A stretch of DNA of 40,533 nucleotides from Minisyncoccota bacterium (lineage in GTDB: Bacteria > Patescibacteriota > Minisyncoccia > Minisyncoccales > UBA5738). Under the pieces are notes generated by a model. It had not been told where the DNA came from and did no database searches. It worked only from the letters and a program-made list of their open reading frames with translations. Numbering within the stretch: position 1 is the first letter of the stretch; the number at the start of each line of letters is the position of its first letter. The translations under genes were made by a program, and so were the position numbers. Location of the stretch: contig JBAYLX010000002.1 of NCBI GenBank assembly GCA_041663885.1, positions 1 through 40,533 of the forward strand. The letters are read 5' to 3'. Positions 32,113-39,967 of this stretch are shown here, one piece after another.

Positions 32113-34668
32113 TCACATCATTTTAAAATAACGCCGGAAAAAGAATCTTTTTAGCGTTTCCACCAACAACAAATAAGTGGCAACTATAGCGGTTATCGCC
32201 AGCATCATCGCCAATGGCGGCGCCTGGAATTTGAAAAATGATCCTAAAGCCGTGAACGGAATAATCCAGCCGATTGCGACGCACACCAACGTGCTTGCTA
32301 AAAGATATTTACTGGCCCGGCTCTGGACAAAGGGAAGTTTGCGCGTCCGGATAAAATGGATCACTAAAACCTGGGTCGCCAGCGACTCCATGAACCATCC
32401 GGTCTGGAAAAGCGATTCCGATGATGAAAATAAAAAGTACAGCACAAAAAAAGTCAAAAAATCAAACAACGAGCTGACCGGGCCGAAAAAATACATGAAT
32501 TTTTTGATGAAATCAAGATTCCAGCGATGCGGTTTTTTCAGCCAATCATCATCAACATTATCGGTCGGAATCATTACCTGGGAAAAGTCGTATAAAAAAT
32601 TATTGAGCAATATCTGAATCGGCAGCATCGGCAAGAACGGCAAAAACACCACCGCGCCCGCAGCGGAAAACATATTGCCGAAATTCGAGCTCATCCCCAT
32701 CATGATGTATTTCATCGTATTGCCGAAAACCTTGCGGCCTTCAATGACGCCTTCCTTTAAGGCCACCAAGTCCTTGCGCGTCAGCACGATGTCGGCCGCT
32801 TCTTTGGCCACATCCACCCCGTTATTGACCGAAATGCCCACATCCGCCGCTTTCAGCGAGGGCGCGTCATTGATCCCATCCCCCAAATAGCTCACCACCC
32901 GGCCCTTGGCGCGCAACGCCAAAATAACGCGGTTCTTCTGGATCGGCGAACAGCGCGCAAAAATCGTGGTCTTGTCCGCTTTTACCCGCAATGCCTGGTC
33001 AGTGAGATGGTCGATATCTTTTCCGGTCAAGACGCCTTTGGTCGCCAGTCCCACGTCATCGCAAACTTTTTGCGTCACCAACTCGTTATCGCCGGTAATG
33101 ATCTTTACCTCAATACCGATTTCATGCAAACCAGCCAGCACCTCGCGGACTCCCGGCTTGGCCGGATCCAGAAAAGAAACAAACCCCAAAAGTTCCAATC
33201 CCGCCTCATCGCTTTTTGCATAAGCCGCTTGGGGCATCCGAATCGTTTTTTGCGCCACTGCCAAAACTCGGTTTCCTTGGGAACTCAAAGTATTATAACG
33301 ATCCAAAGCCATTTCGCGCGACTTAGCGCTGATTTTAACGAGTTTTCCCTGCAGACGAACAAAAGCGCATTTTGCCAAAAGCGACTCCGGACTGCCTTTG
33401 GATACCATCCTGTGGATTTTACCTTCGCTGACCACCACGCTCAAAATCCGGCGGTCAAAATCAAACGGCAATTCATCGATCTTTTTCAAACCAACCACCG
33501 GAATCTTCTTAAAATCGAGAAGTGCCTGGTCCAGCGGGTTTTCGATGCCGGATTCAAAACGGCTGTTGATATAAGCGGCCGCCAAAACTTCATCGGCAAC
33601 CTTGCCCTCGATATTCACATAAGTCACCAGTTTGATCTTGTTCTCGGTGAGCGTCCCGGTCTTATCGGTGCACAAAACATCCATACTGCCAAAACTCGGA
33701 ATCGCGCTCAATTTTTTCACGATGACGCCTTTTTTCGACATCCGGATCGATCCGCGCGCCATGGTCACCGAAACGATCATCGGCAAAAGCTCGGGCGTAA
33801 CCCCCACCGCGATCGCCACCGAAAACAAAAACGATTGGACCAGCCGGTATTGGAACTGATCCCCGCTCCCCAAATGGCGCAAGACATTGAAAAAGAAAAT
33901 AAATAAAACCAGATACAGCACGATCTTGGCAATGAAAATCCCGAATTTGGCCGTGCCGATCTCAAATTCGCTTTTCGGGTCGGGCTTGGCAAGGCTCGCC
34001 GCCACCTTCCCGAACTCGGTGGCGCTGCCGGTGCGCACCACCACCGCGGTCGCCTCCCCGCTGATCACGCTGGTACCCATGAAAAGCATCCGCCGCTCCG
34101 CCGGGCCGCCCGCGCCGCCGCCATCGTCCTTCTCGCAAGGATACGATTCCCCGGTCAGCGCCGACTGGTCAACGGAAAGATCATCGGATTTGATGATCCG
34201 GGCGTCGGCCGGGATCATATCCCCCGCATTCAAAAAAATTATGTCGCCGGGCACGATCAGCGCGATGCTGGTTTCCTTCTGCTTGCCGCTGCGAATCACG
34301 CACGCCGTGTTTTTCACCTTTTCCTTGAGCTTTTTCGCCGCCTTGCCCGCGCTGTATTCCTCAAAAAAATCCAAGGTCACGCTGAGCAAAGCCATCAGCG
34401 TCACGATCGAAGCGCTGGCAATCTCACCCATGAATGCGGATATCGCGGCCGCGATAAGCAAAATAACGATGAATGGATTTTTGAAATATGACAAAAATTC
34501 CAAAATAATATGCGCTTCCCGCGCGGGCGCGGCCTCGTTTCTCCCGTAAACCGCCAATCGGCGCGCGGCTTCAGACGGCGACAATCCGTCCATAACCGAC
34601 CTCATTTTCTTTAACGCCTCTTGCGCGCCGATCGTCGCATAATCGAACTCTTTTTCTCCGGATTCCAT
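32113..34668 (-). CDS. mgtA: Magnesium-translocating P-type ATPase
   Basis: 851 aa with DKTGTLT, TGDN and GDGINDAP. The MgtA-type segment NNFLYDFSQVMIPTDNVDDDWLKKPHRWN is present. Confidence 0.9.
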   Translation of the reverse strand: MESGEKEFDYATIGAQEALKKMRSVMDGLSPSEAARRLAVYGRNEAAPAREAHIILEFLSYFKNPFIVILLIAAAISAFMGEIASASIVTLMALLSVTLDFFEEYSAGKAAKKLKEKVKNTACVIRSGKQKETSIALIVPGDIIFLNAGDMIPADARIIKSDDLSVDQSALTGESYPCEKDDGGGAGGPAERRMLFMGTSVISGEATAVVVRTGSATEFGKVAASLAKPDPKSEFEIGTAKFGIFIAKIVLYLVLFIFFFNVLRHLGSGDQFQYRLVQSFLFSVAIAVGVTPELLPMIVSVTMARGSIRMSKKGVIVKKLSAIPSFGSMDVLCTDKTGTLTENKIKLVTYVNIEGKVADEVLAAAYINSRFESGIENPLDQALLDFKKIPVVGLKKIDELPFDFDRRILSVVVSEGKIHRMVSKGSPESLLAKCAFVRLQGKLVKISAKSREMALDRYNTLSSQGNRVLAVAQKTIRMPQAAYAKSDEAGLELLGFVSFLDPAKPGVREVLAGLHEIGIEVKIITGDNELVTQKVCDDVGLATKGVLTGKDIDHLTDQALRVKADKTTIFARCSPIQKNRVILALRAKGRVVSYLGDGINDAPSLKAADVGISVNNGVDVAKEAADIVLTRKDLVALKEGVIEGRKVFGNTMKYIMMGMSSNFGNMFSAAGAVVFLPFLPMLPIQILLNNFLYDFSQVMIPTDNVDDDWLKKPHRWNLDFIKKFMYFFGPVSSLFDFLTFFVLYFLFSSSESLFQTGWFMESLATQVLVIHFIRTRKLPFVQSRASKYLLASTLVCVAIGWIIPFTALGSFFKFQAPPLAMMLAITAIVATYLLLVETLKRFFFRRYFKMM

Positions 34669-34697
34669 AATTTAAAATTAATAATTGATATTTATTC

Positions 34698-34706
34698 ATT
34701 ATACCA
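34698..34706 (-). promoter_or_regulatory. Extended -10 element TGgTATAAT upstream of mgtA
   Basis: The reverse strand reads ttGGTATAATgaataaat, about 30 nt before the ATG. Confidence 0.4.
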
Positions 34707-34786
34707 ATTCAAATAAAAAAAAATACCGCTTGGAAATTTTCTCCGCCCGAACGCTACCTGAATTAACACTTTCTTCGCGGATTTAT

Positions 34787-34825
34787 AAAAAAAGGTCTCG
34801 GGGTTCGCATTGTGCGATCCTCGAG
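34787..34825 (-). terminator. Rho-independent terminator of the 541-aa gene
   Basis: The minus strand reads CTCGAGGaTCGCAcaaTGCGAaCCCCGAG + accTTTTTTT. It starts immediately after the stop codon. Confidence 0.8.
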
Positions 34826-36451
34826 TCAAATGCCTGATAAAATTTGCAGCACTCTTTCGGAATACCCAAATCCCTCATTCATTTGGGCAACAGAACTATA
34901 GAATGTTGCACTGATTGGAGAGTCTTTGGATATTTTTTTTGCCTGATCAATAGTTCCCTTAACTCTTACAAAAAGTCTATTTGGAAATTTATCAATCACG
35001 CAATACCCAAAACATTCCCCGCCAATCATTTCGAATATTGAATTTTGGCTCTTTTCTATCCAACCTCCATCTTGCCAGTACACCGCCAGGTATGACGGTT
35101 CGCATATTTCCTCTGTGCTCTTCCAGAAAATCTTCTGCGATGAAGCATGATTTTCCGATGGGATTTGCGTCTTTGAAACCGGTTTTGCTGTCGACGATCG
35201 TGCCGCATCTTTCTTTTTACCAAGGACCTCCTCCATCGCCCTTTTCTGGCTTTCCGGCGATGGTTTATCTTTTTTTGGTTGCGCGATTTCCCCGGATAAC
35301 GCGATCGGCAAGGTATTGCCGCCAAGCGGAATTGACACCACTCTCTTTTCAACCGCATTTATTCTGGCTAACGAGTCAAGAGATCCGGCAAAAAGTTGCA
35401 CAAAGTTATTGACGGGAAAATATATTGGTTTTCTAACTGAACAAATCCGAATTCGAACGACCAACTTTAATTTTAATGCCGCCTCAAATTCGGCAATTAT
35501 CTGTCTGCTTCTTGCCACTTCTACTTGATTCCTTTCATTACCTGTTATCGGTGTCCCTTCATCAGCCGGCATTGGAAAATTCTGATGCGCTTGTTCATCA
35601 ATAAACTTTCGTTTCACCTCCTTAGCTTCCGCAGTCAACCGCTCGATTTCGGATTGAAGGTTGGCTTTTTCACTTCTAATAACTTTAACTTCATCCTCGA
35701 GCCGCTTAAACCTGGTCCAAATTTCCTCTTTGGCCTCCTTTTCTCTTTTAGCTTCTTCGCGAAGACCATTACTCTCGGCCTCCGCCAACTGACGCGCTTC
35801 TTCGATTTTAAGAAGATTCCTTTCCTCTGCCATCATCGCATCCGCAACCAGCTTATCAATCCTAGACAGAAGGCTGGTCTTTTCGCTAATTAAAGGCGCC
35901 ACAGATGCTAGCAATGCTTTGTTCTCGTCTTCAATTGTCTGTTGAGCTTCCTTCGCGTTGGCAAGCTCTTCGCTTAGACGCCGCACTTTTTCGGCAAACT
36001 GTTCAAGCTCAATCTTTAATCCGGTGCTAACCGCTTGCTCGTCCTCAAGCAATTCACACAAGCCTTGGTTTTCGGCAGCAAGCGATTGACTTGCGGCTTC
36101 AACACTATAAAGCCGAGACTTCAGATATTCCCCTTGTTGAACCTTTCCTATCTCTGCTTTTTCCCGAAGCTTCAATTTGGTAGTTTCGGTTACGGATGAA
36201 CCTCTTCGTTTACTTTTTGTTTTATCTTTCGCTCCCGTGAGCTTTTCTCGTCTTTTGGCTGCTTGTTTTTCGGATTGCGGCTCGACATTTTGTTGTTGCC
36301 CTTCAGTTTGCTCTCGTTTCCATGTGGTATTCTTTCTTAAAGATTCGGCTTGACGAAATCGTTCGCCGACAGTCATTCTCTCCGTCGTTTCTTGAGAATT
36401 AATAAATTGACTTGTCAACGAACTGTCCGATTCACCTATTCCATCTGACAC
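34826..36451 (-). CDS. Orphan coiled-coil protein
   Basis: 541 aa: a charged, disordered N-terminus, about 200 aa of heptad-like E/K/L/A-rich sequence, then a C-terminal globular part (...YLAVYWQDGGWIEK...). It has a GTG start preceded by GGAGG, and its own promoter and terminator. I recognised no domain. Confidence 0.6.
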   Translation of the reverse strand: MSDGIGESDSSLTSQFINSQETTERMTVGERFRQAESLRKNTTWKREQTEGQQQNVEPQSEKQAAKRREKLTGAKDKTKSKRRGSSVTETTKLKLREKAEIGKVQQGEYLKSRLYSVEAASQSLAAENQGLCELLEDEQAVSTGLKIELEQFAEKVRRLSEELANAKEAQQTIEDENKALLASVAPLISEKTSLLSRIDKLVADAMMAEERNLLKIEEARQLAEAESNGLREEAKREKEAKEEIWTRFKRLEDEVKVIRSEKANLQSEIERLTAEAKEVKRKFIDEQAHQNFPMPADEGTPITGNERNQVEVARSRQIIAEFEAALKLKLVVRIRICSVRKPIYFPVNNFVQLFAGSLDSLARINAVEKRVVSIPLGGNTLPIALSGEIAQPKKDKPSPESQKRAMEEVLGKKKDAARSSTAKPVSKTQIPSENHASSQKIFWKSTEEICEPSYLAVYWQDGGWIEKSQNSIFEMIGGECFGYCVIDKFPNRLFVRVKGTIDQAKKISKDSPISATFYSSVAQMNEGFGYSERVLQILSGI

Positions 36452-36506
36452 CCCCTAAACACCTCCACATTCATTTGTTTATGTGTTAAATTGTGTCAAA
36501 TACGGA

Positions 36507-36535
36507 ATTCTATATCAAAACTGGCGAAATATCAA
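36507..36535 (-). promoter_or_regulatory. Sigma70-like promoter (TTGATA-N17-TAGAAT) for the 541-aa gene
   Basis: The reverse strand reads TTGATAtttcgccagttttgataTAGAAT. Confidence 0.5.
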
Positions 36536-36553
36536 CCCTTGCGCGCCAAACCC

Positions 36554-36581
36554 AAAAAGCCGCCCCATCGGATGGCTTTTT
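36554..36581. terminator. Bidirectional terminator-like hairpin
   Basis: AAAAAGCCGCCccatcGGATGGCTTTTT. Confidence 0.6.
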
Positions 36582-36641
36582 GATTGAAAAGAAGTGCGTG
36601 CTTATCCCGCGGCGCGGAACAAAAGACCCACCGCCACTCTT

Positions 36642-36774
36642 CGTTAACTGTCAAATACCACAGTTAACATTAAAAATTATATTTTTCAAATGTGTTTCGA
36701 TACTGCAGGGCGTTGACCCTGCAGATCGACCAAAGGGGGCACCCCTTAGGAGATTACTCCCGGATTACCTAAGG
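36642..36774. other. Hairpin-dense non-coding segment (candidate sRNA or cis-regulatory RNA; strand unknown)
   Basis: H1 (36643-36668) has a 9-bp perfect stem GTTAACTGT/ACAGTTAAC. H2 (36703-36724) is CTGCAGGG/CCCTGCAG. H3 (36733-36747) is AAGGGG/CCCCTT. H4 (36744-36774) is CCTTAGG/CCTAAGG and shares bases with H3. A direct GATTAC repeat lies inside H4. Confidence 0.35.
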
Positions 36775-36781
36775 AATCCTC

Positions 36782-36828
36782 AAAATCTGTAACCCTGAGG
36801 CAAGACCTCAGGGGAGTTACAGATTTTT
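36782..36828. terminator. Very long hairpin (about 19 bp) flanked by A and T runs; likely terminator of the Cys-rich micro-ORF (minus) and possibly of a plus-strand RNA
   Basis: AAAATCTGTAAC-CCTGAGG[caaga]CCTCAGG-gga-GTTACAGATTTTT. Confidence 0.6.
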
Positions 36829-36837
36829 AAAATATTG

Positions 36838-37008
36838 TTAAAATTCCGCTTTCTCGTCGCTTTTCTTCAGCCGGTTTTTACAGCCGCAAACACAACCATC
36901 GGCGCATTTGCAGCAATGGAAACACAGCGTCGGCTCGCAGGAACAGCAATCTTCCTGGTTTTCCAATGGCATGCCGCATTCGCGGCACTTGTCGGTTTCT
37001 TCTTGCAT
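36838..37008 (-). CDS. Unannotated 56-aa cysteine-rich protein (metallothionein-like composition)
   Basis: Absent from the track, which apparently lists only ORFs of about 60 aa or more. My translation is MQEETDKCRECGMPLENQEDCCSCEPTLCFHCCKCADGCVCGCKNRLKKSDEKAEF, with 12 Cys and 1 His. It has an ATG start and a TAA stop, and a strong hairpin lies 10 nt downstream. Confidence 0.5.
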   Translation of the reverse strand: MQEETDKCRECGMPLENQEDCCSCEPTLCFHCCKCADGCVCGCKNRLKKSDEKAEF

Positions 37009-37106
37009 ATGTTTTGTTTGTTACTATGGCTTAATTTTGACAGTAAGCGCATTAAATTGCGATTAAGCATTTCCAAAAACACAATACCGGATCCCACAAA
37101 CTCAAG

Positions 37107-38174
37107 TCAGTTCTTCCAGATGCTTTTGGTCAGCCGCCACCCGTATTTGGCCACCAGCAGCAAAATCAGCGCGTAAATAATATATTGAAGCAGGTTAAAA
37201 AGGAACCCGATGAGATTGACGCTAATGTTCTGGATGGCTTGGTTCACCTGCGCGGACGATTCCTTGATCGCGTAGCCCCAGGAATCCTTCAAATTCTGCC
37301 ATTCGATAACGCTGTCTTTGACAATATCCACAGAAAAAAACGTGTAATCCAAACGGTCCAGCTGCTGCGATTTATCGCTCTGGATCAAGTCAAGCCGGGC
37401 ATTAATATTGATCCGCTCCGTGGCTAACCGCTCAATGGTGTTTATCTTGCTGTCGATCACCTCGGCCATGCTGGCAATATCCTTGGCGCCGGACGCCGCC
37501 TGCGCTACTTCATCATAAGCCACAATTGCTTTACTGAGCGTTTCATCAATCGAAGCCAATTTTTTTTGCAGGATATCGATCTCCTTGGTGTAATCATTAA
37601 CCTGACCCTGGATCGTATAAGTATTCCCAACCAGTTCTTTTGGTTTCATTCCTTTGATAATATCCAATATCGCATCGGTTTTATCCCGGGTCACTTTGAA
37701 AGTATAATTGCAACCGTAATTATATTCGCGCGCGCTTTCAAAAATTACTTCCTCGCGCGCCTTAAGGCCGCTGATCGCGGCGCAAGCGCTATCAAGCTGG
37801 CGGGTTTTGATCGTGGCATCATATTCAGCCACTTCATATTTCTCGGCTTGGCTTCCCGAAGCCGAATCATTGCTGCTTTTATATGAAGACGATTCTTCGC
37901 TCAAGGAAACATCCGCGTTCCTCGTCGAAAGATTCAAAGCCGGGAAAATATTGTCCGAAGACATCATCGGCGAACCCATGGAAACACCGGAACTATACCC
38001 CGAGTCTTTGGAATAATTCGAGTAACTGCTTGATTTCGGCCCAACTGAAAATGATCCGAATAAAGACCCGATAAAAGTAAATGCGATATAAATCACAATC
38101 ACCGCCAGAATCGCGATCCCAACGGTCTTCAATAACGGCTTAACCTTAAAATTTATATTCTGCAACATTGCCAT
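37107..38174 (-). CDS. Membrane protein, DUF4349-like guess
   Basis: 355 aa with an N-terminal TM segment, an S-rich linker, a globular/coiled-coil region and a C-terminal TM pair. Confidence 0.55.
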   Translation of the reverse strand: MAMLQNINFKVKPLLKTVGIAILAVIVIYIAFTFIGSLFGSFSVGPKSSSYSNYSKDSGYSSGVSMGSPMMSSDNIFPALNLSTRNADVSLSEESSSYKSSNDSASGSQAEKYEVAEYDATIKTRQLDSACAAISGLKAREEVIFESAREYNYGCNYTFKVTRDKTDAILDIIKGMKPKELVGNTYTIQGQVNDYTKEIDILQKKLASIDETLSKAIVAYDEVAQAASGAKDIASMAEVIDSKINTIERLATERININARLDLIQSDKSQQLDRLDYTFFSVDIVKDSVIEWQNLKDSWGYAIKESSAQVNQAIQNISVNLIGFLFNLLQYIIYALILLLVAKYGWRLTKSIWKN

Positions 38175-38256
38175 ATGTTTTTTTATTTTTATTGTTAATA
38201 TTAATTTATTTTACCATCATTCCAAAAAAAATACACCGCAAAAATTTAATCCTTGG

Positions 38257-39462
38257 CTAATCGGCGGTTTTTAAATATTTCTCGATATTCGCCTGGTGTT
38301 CCTCATAAGTTTTCGCGCAATGGATCGCGCCGCCGGCATCGTGGAGATAATACAAGCAATCGGTTTTCTCGGGTTTCAAAACCGCCTCGATGGCGGCAAT
38401 GCCCGGATTGCAGATCGGATGCGGCGGCAAACCTTTGTTCTTGTAAGTGTTGTAAGGCGAATCGATCTGCTTGTCGCGCACGCTGATCGGCGCCCACCAG
38501 CCCTTGCCCGCATCGCCGCGCGCGTATTGCAGCGTGGCATCAACGTTCAGCGCCATGCCCTGTTCCAGCCGGTTCCAAAGAATCCCGGCCACCAACGGCA
38601 TCTGGCCGGCATTCGCCGCTTCGCGCTGCACGATCGAAGCCAGCGTCAATCCCGTGGTCCATTTGATATTTTGCGCGGAAAATTCCGGCAAATAAACCGC
38701 GAATTTTTCATTGAATTTGGCAACAAGACGCTTGGCGACATCCAAAGAAGCTTCATCGACCGGGATTAAATAAGTATCGGGAAAATAAACGCCCTCGACA
38801 TTATCCGCCTTTGTTTGGGTATCAACCGCCGCCCATTTATCCTCCTGCGCCCTCGTCCACCCCAGCGCCCCGCCCAAAATCGCCGCGACTTCCTCCTTAC
38901 GCAATCCTTCAGGAATCACCACCCATTCCATATAAGGCTTTTGCTTCAGCACCGCCGCGATTTGCGCAACATTCATTTTTTTGGAAAGCTTGTAACCTCC
39001 GGCTTCCGCTTCCGCAAGCGCGAATATTTTCTTGAAATCATCAACATCCGCAACAAACCCCTGCGCCGCCAAATCCTTAGCGACTTGATCAATCCCATCC
39101 GCCCCCAGCGCCACCACAAACCGCTCGGTTCCCGTCGAAGGAAGCTCATCCGCCGGTTTTAACTCATCTGTTTTAATTTCAACTTTGGTTTCCGCATCCA
39201 AAACTGCCGATGTTATTTTTTCCGGTTCCACAACAGCAGGTTGTACCGGTTCCGATTTGCTTTCCATAATGGTCGCAACTTCATCCATCACCGTCACCGA
39301 CTCGTTTTTTTGATTATCAACCGCAACAGGAACAAAATTATCAGCGCCGCCCAATGACAATTGGCCAAATTTGAATTTTAAAAAATAAATCCCAGCTCCC
39401 GCCAATACCAAAAAGAACACAACAACTCCAAACTTTATTTTTTTATTATCAAAATATTTCAT
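38257..39462 (-). CDS. mltG: Endolytic murein transglycosylase MltG (YceG-like)
   Basis: Motifs EGVYFPDTY, ASIVQREA and SPYNTYKNKGLPPHPICNPG, with an N-terminal TM segment. I prefer the ATG at 39462 to the TTG at 39480 given by the track. Confidence 0.85.
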   Translation of the reverse strand: MKYFDNKKIKFGVVVFFLVLAGAGIYFLKFKFGQLSLGGADNFVPVAVDNQKNESVTVMDEVATIMESKSEPVQPAVVEPEKITSAVLDAETKVEIKTDELKPADELPSTGTERFVVALGADGIDQVAKDLAAQGFVADVDDFKKIFALAEAEAGGYKLSKKMNVAQIAAVLKQKPYMEWVVIPEGLRKEEVAAILGGALGWTRAQEDKWAAVDTQTKADNVEGVYFPDTYLIPVDEASLDVAKRLVAKFNEKFAVYLPEFSAQNIKWTTGLTLASIVQREAANAGQMPLVAGILWNRLEQGMALNVDATLQYARGDAGKGWWAPISVRDKQIDSPYNTYKNKGLPPHPICNPGIAAIEAVLKPEKTDCLYYLHDAGGAIHCAKTYEEHQANIEKYLKTAD

Positions 39463-39483
39463 ACCAATAAAACGCAACAACGG

Positions 39484-39957
39484 TCACTTCAAACTTTCAA
39501 ATTTAGCTATCACTTTCTCCATATCTTCGTGTATTTTCGCCCACTCCCACGATTTTTTTCCATCGCTCTCAATTTTAATCCTCCAAGTGCTTAAATGCGC
39601 CAACTGTTTGTTAGCTTTTTCCCTTGCATCGCGAAGTGTTTGCGTTAATTTAGGACGTTCACCGATCCAACTGTTATTGGAAAGAAAATCTTGCGCGATA
39701 ATGTCATTTTTATTCAACCGATCTTTTCCACCGCCAAATTTATAAAAAAGATCATTGTAGAAAAAATCCAGCAATAACCGCGTATGGACAGATAAAGACT
39801 CGAGCAATAAATTAATCTCAAATTGATTGCTGGAACAATTCGCAGTAATTTGGGCGCAAGTTTCACGGAACATCCATATTTCGTACGCCAAAAGTTTCTC
39901 TTTTTCCTGTCTGGTTGTCACAATTAAATCTTTAAAGTCCCAATAATTGTTTTCCAT
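39484..39957 (-). CDS. Hypothetical protein in an AT-rich islet
   Basis: 157 aa with no confident domain. The segment LRDAREKANKQLAHLS is only loosely HEPN-like. Confidence 0.55.
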   Translation of the reverse strand: MENNYWDFKDLIVTTRQEKEKLLAYEIWMFRETCAQITANCSSNQFEINLLLESLSVHTRLLLDFFYNDLFYKFGGGKDRLNKNDIIAQDFLSNNSWIGERPKLTQTLRDAREKANKQLAHLSTWRIKIESDGKKSWEWAKIHEDMEKVIAKFESLK

Positions 39958-39967
39958 AAAAATTTAA

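Noticed and set aside
34669-34786. Mg2+ riboswitch (M-box or mgtA-leader type) upstream of mgtA
   Set aside because: The predicted promoter leaves only about 30 nt of unstructured AT-rich leader. The one strong hairpin in the region belongs to the terminator of the upstream 541-aa gene.
36493-36792. 99-aa plus-strand ORF (GTG start)
   Set aside because: It runs through at least five strong hairpins and a bidirectional terminator. The translation is featureless, so I treat the region as non-coding RNA or regulatory DNA.
36782-36828. Integron attC-like bulged hairpin
   Set aside because: The arm ends (GTTACAG) do not match the GTTRRRY core. No integrase or cassette array is present, so a terminator is the simpler reading.
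36867-37097. 76-aa minus-strand ORF from the track
   Set aside because: It is in a different frame from the 56-aa Cys-rich ORF that occupies the same DNA. The Cys-rich frame has an ATG, a compositional signature and a terminator directly after its stop. The 76-aa frame has none of these.
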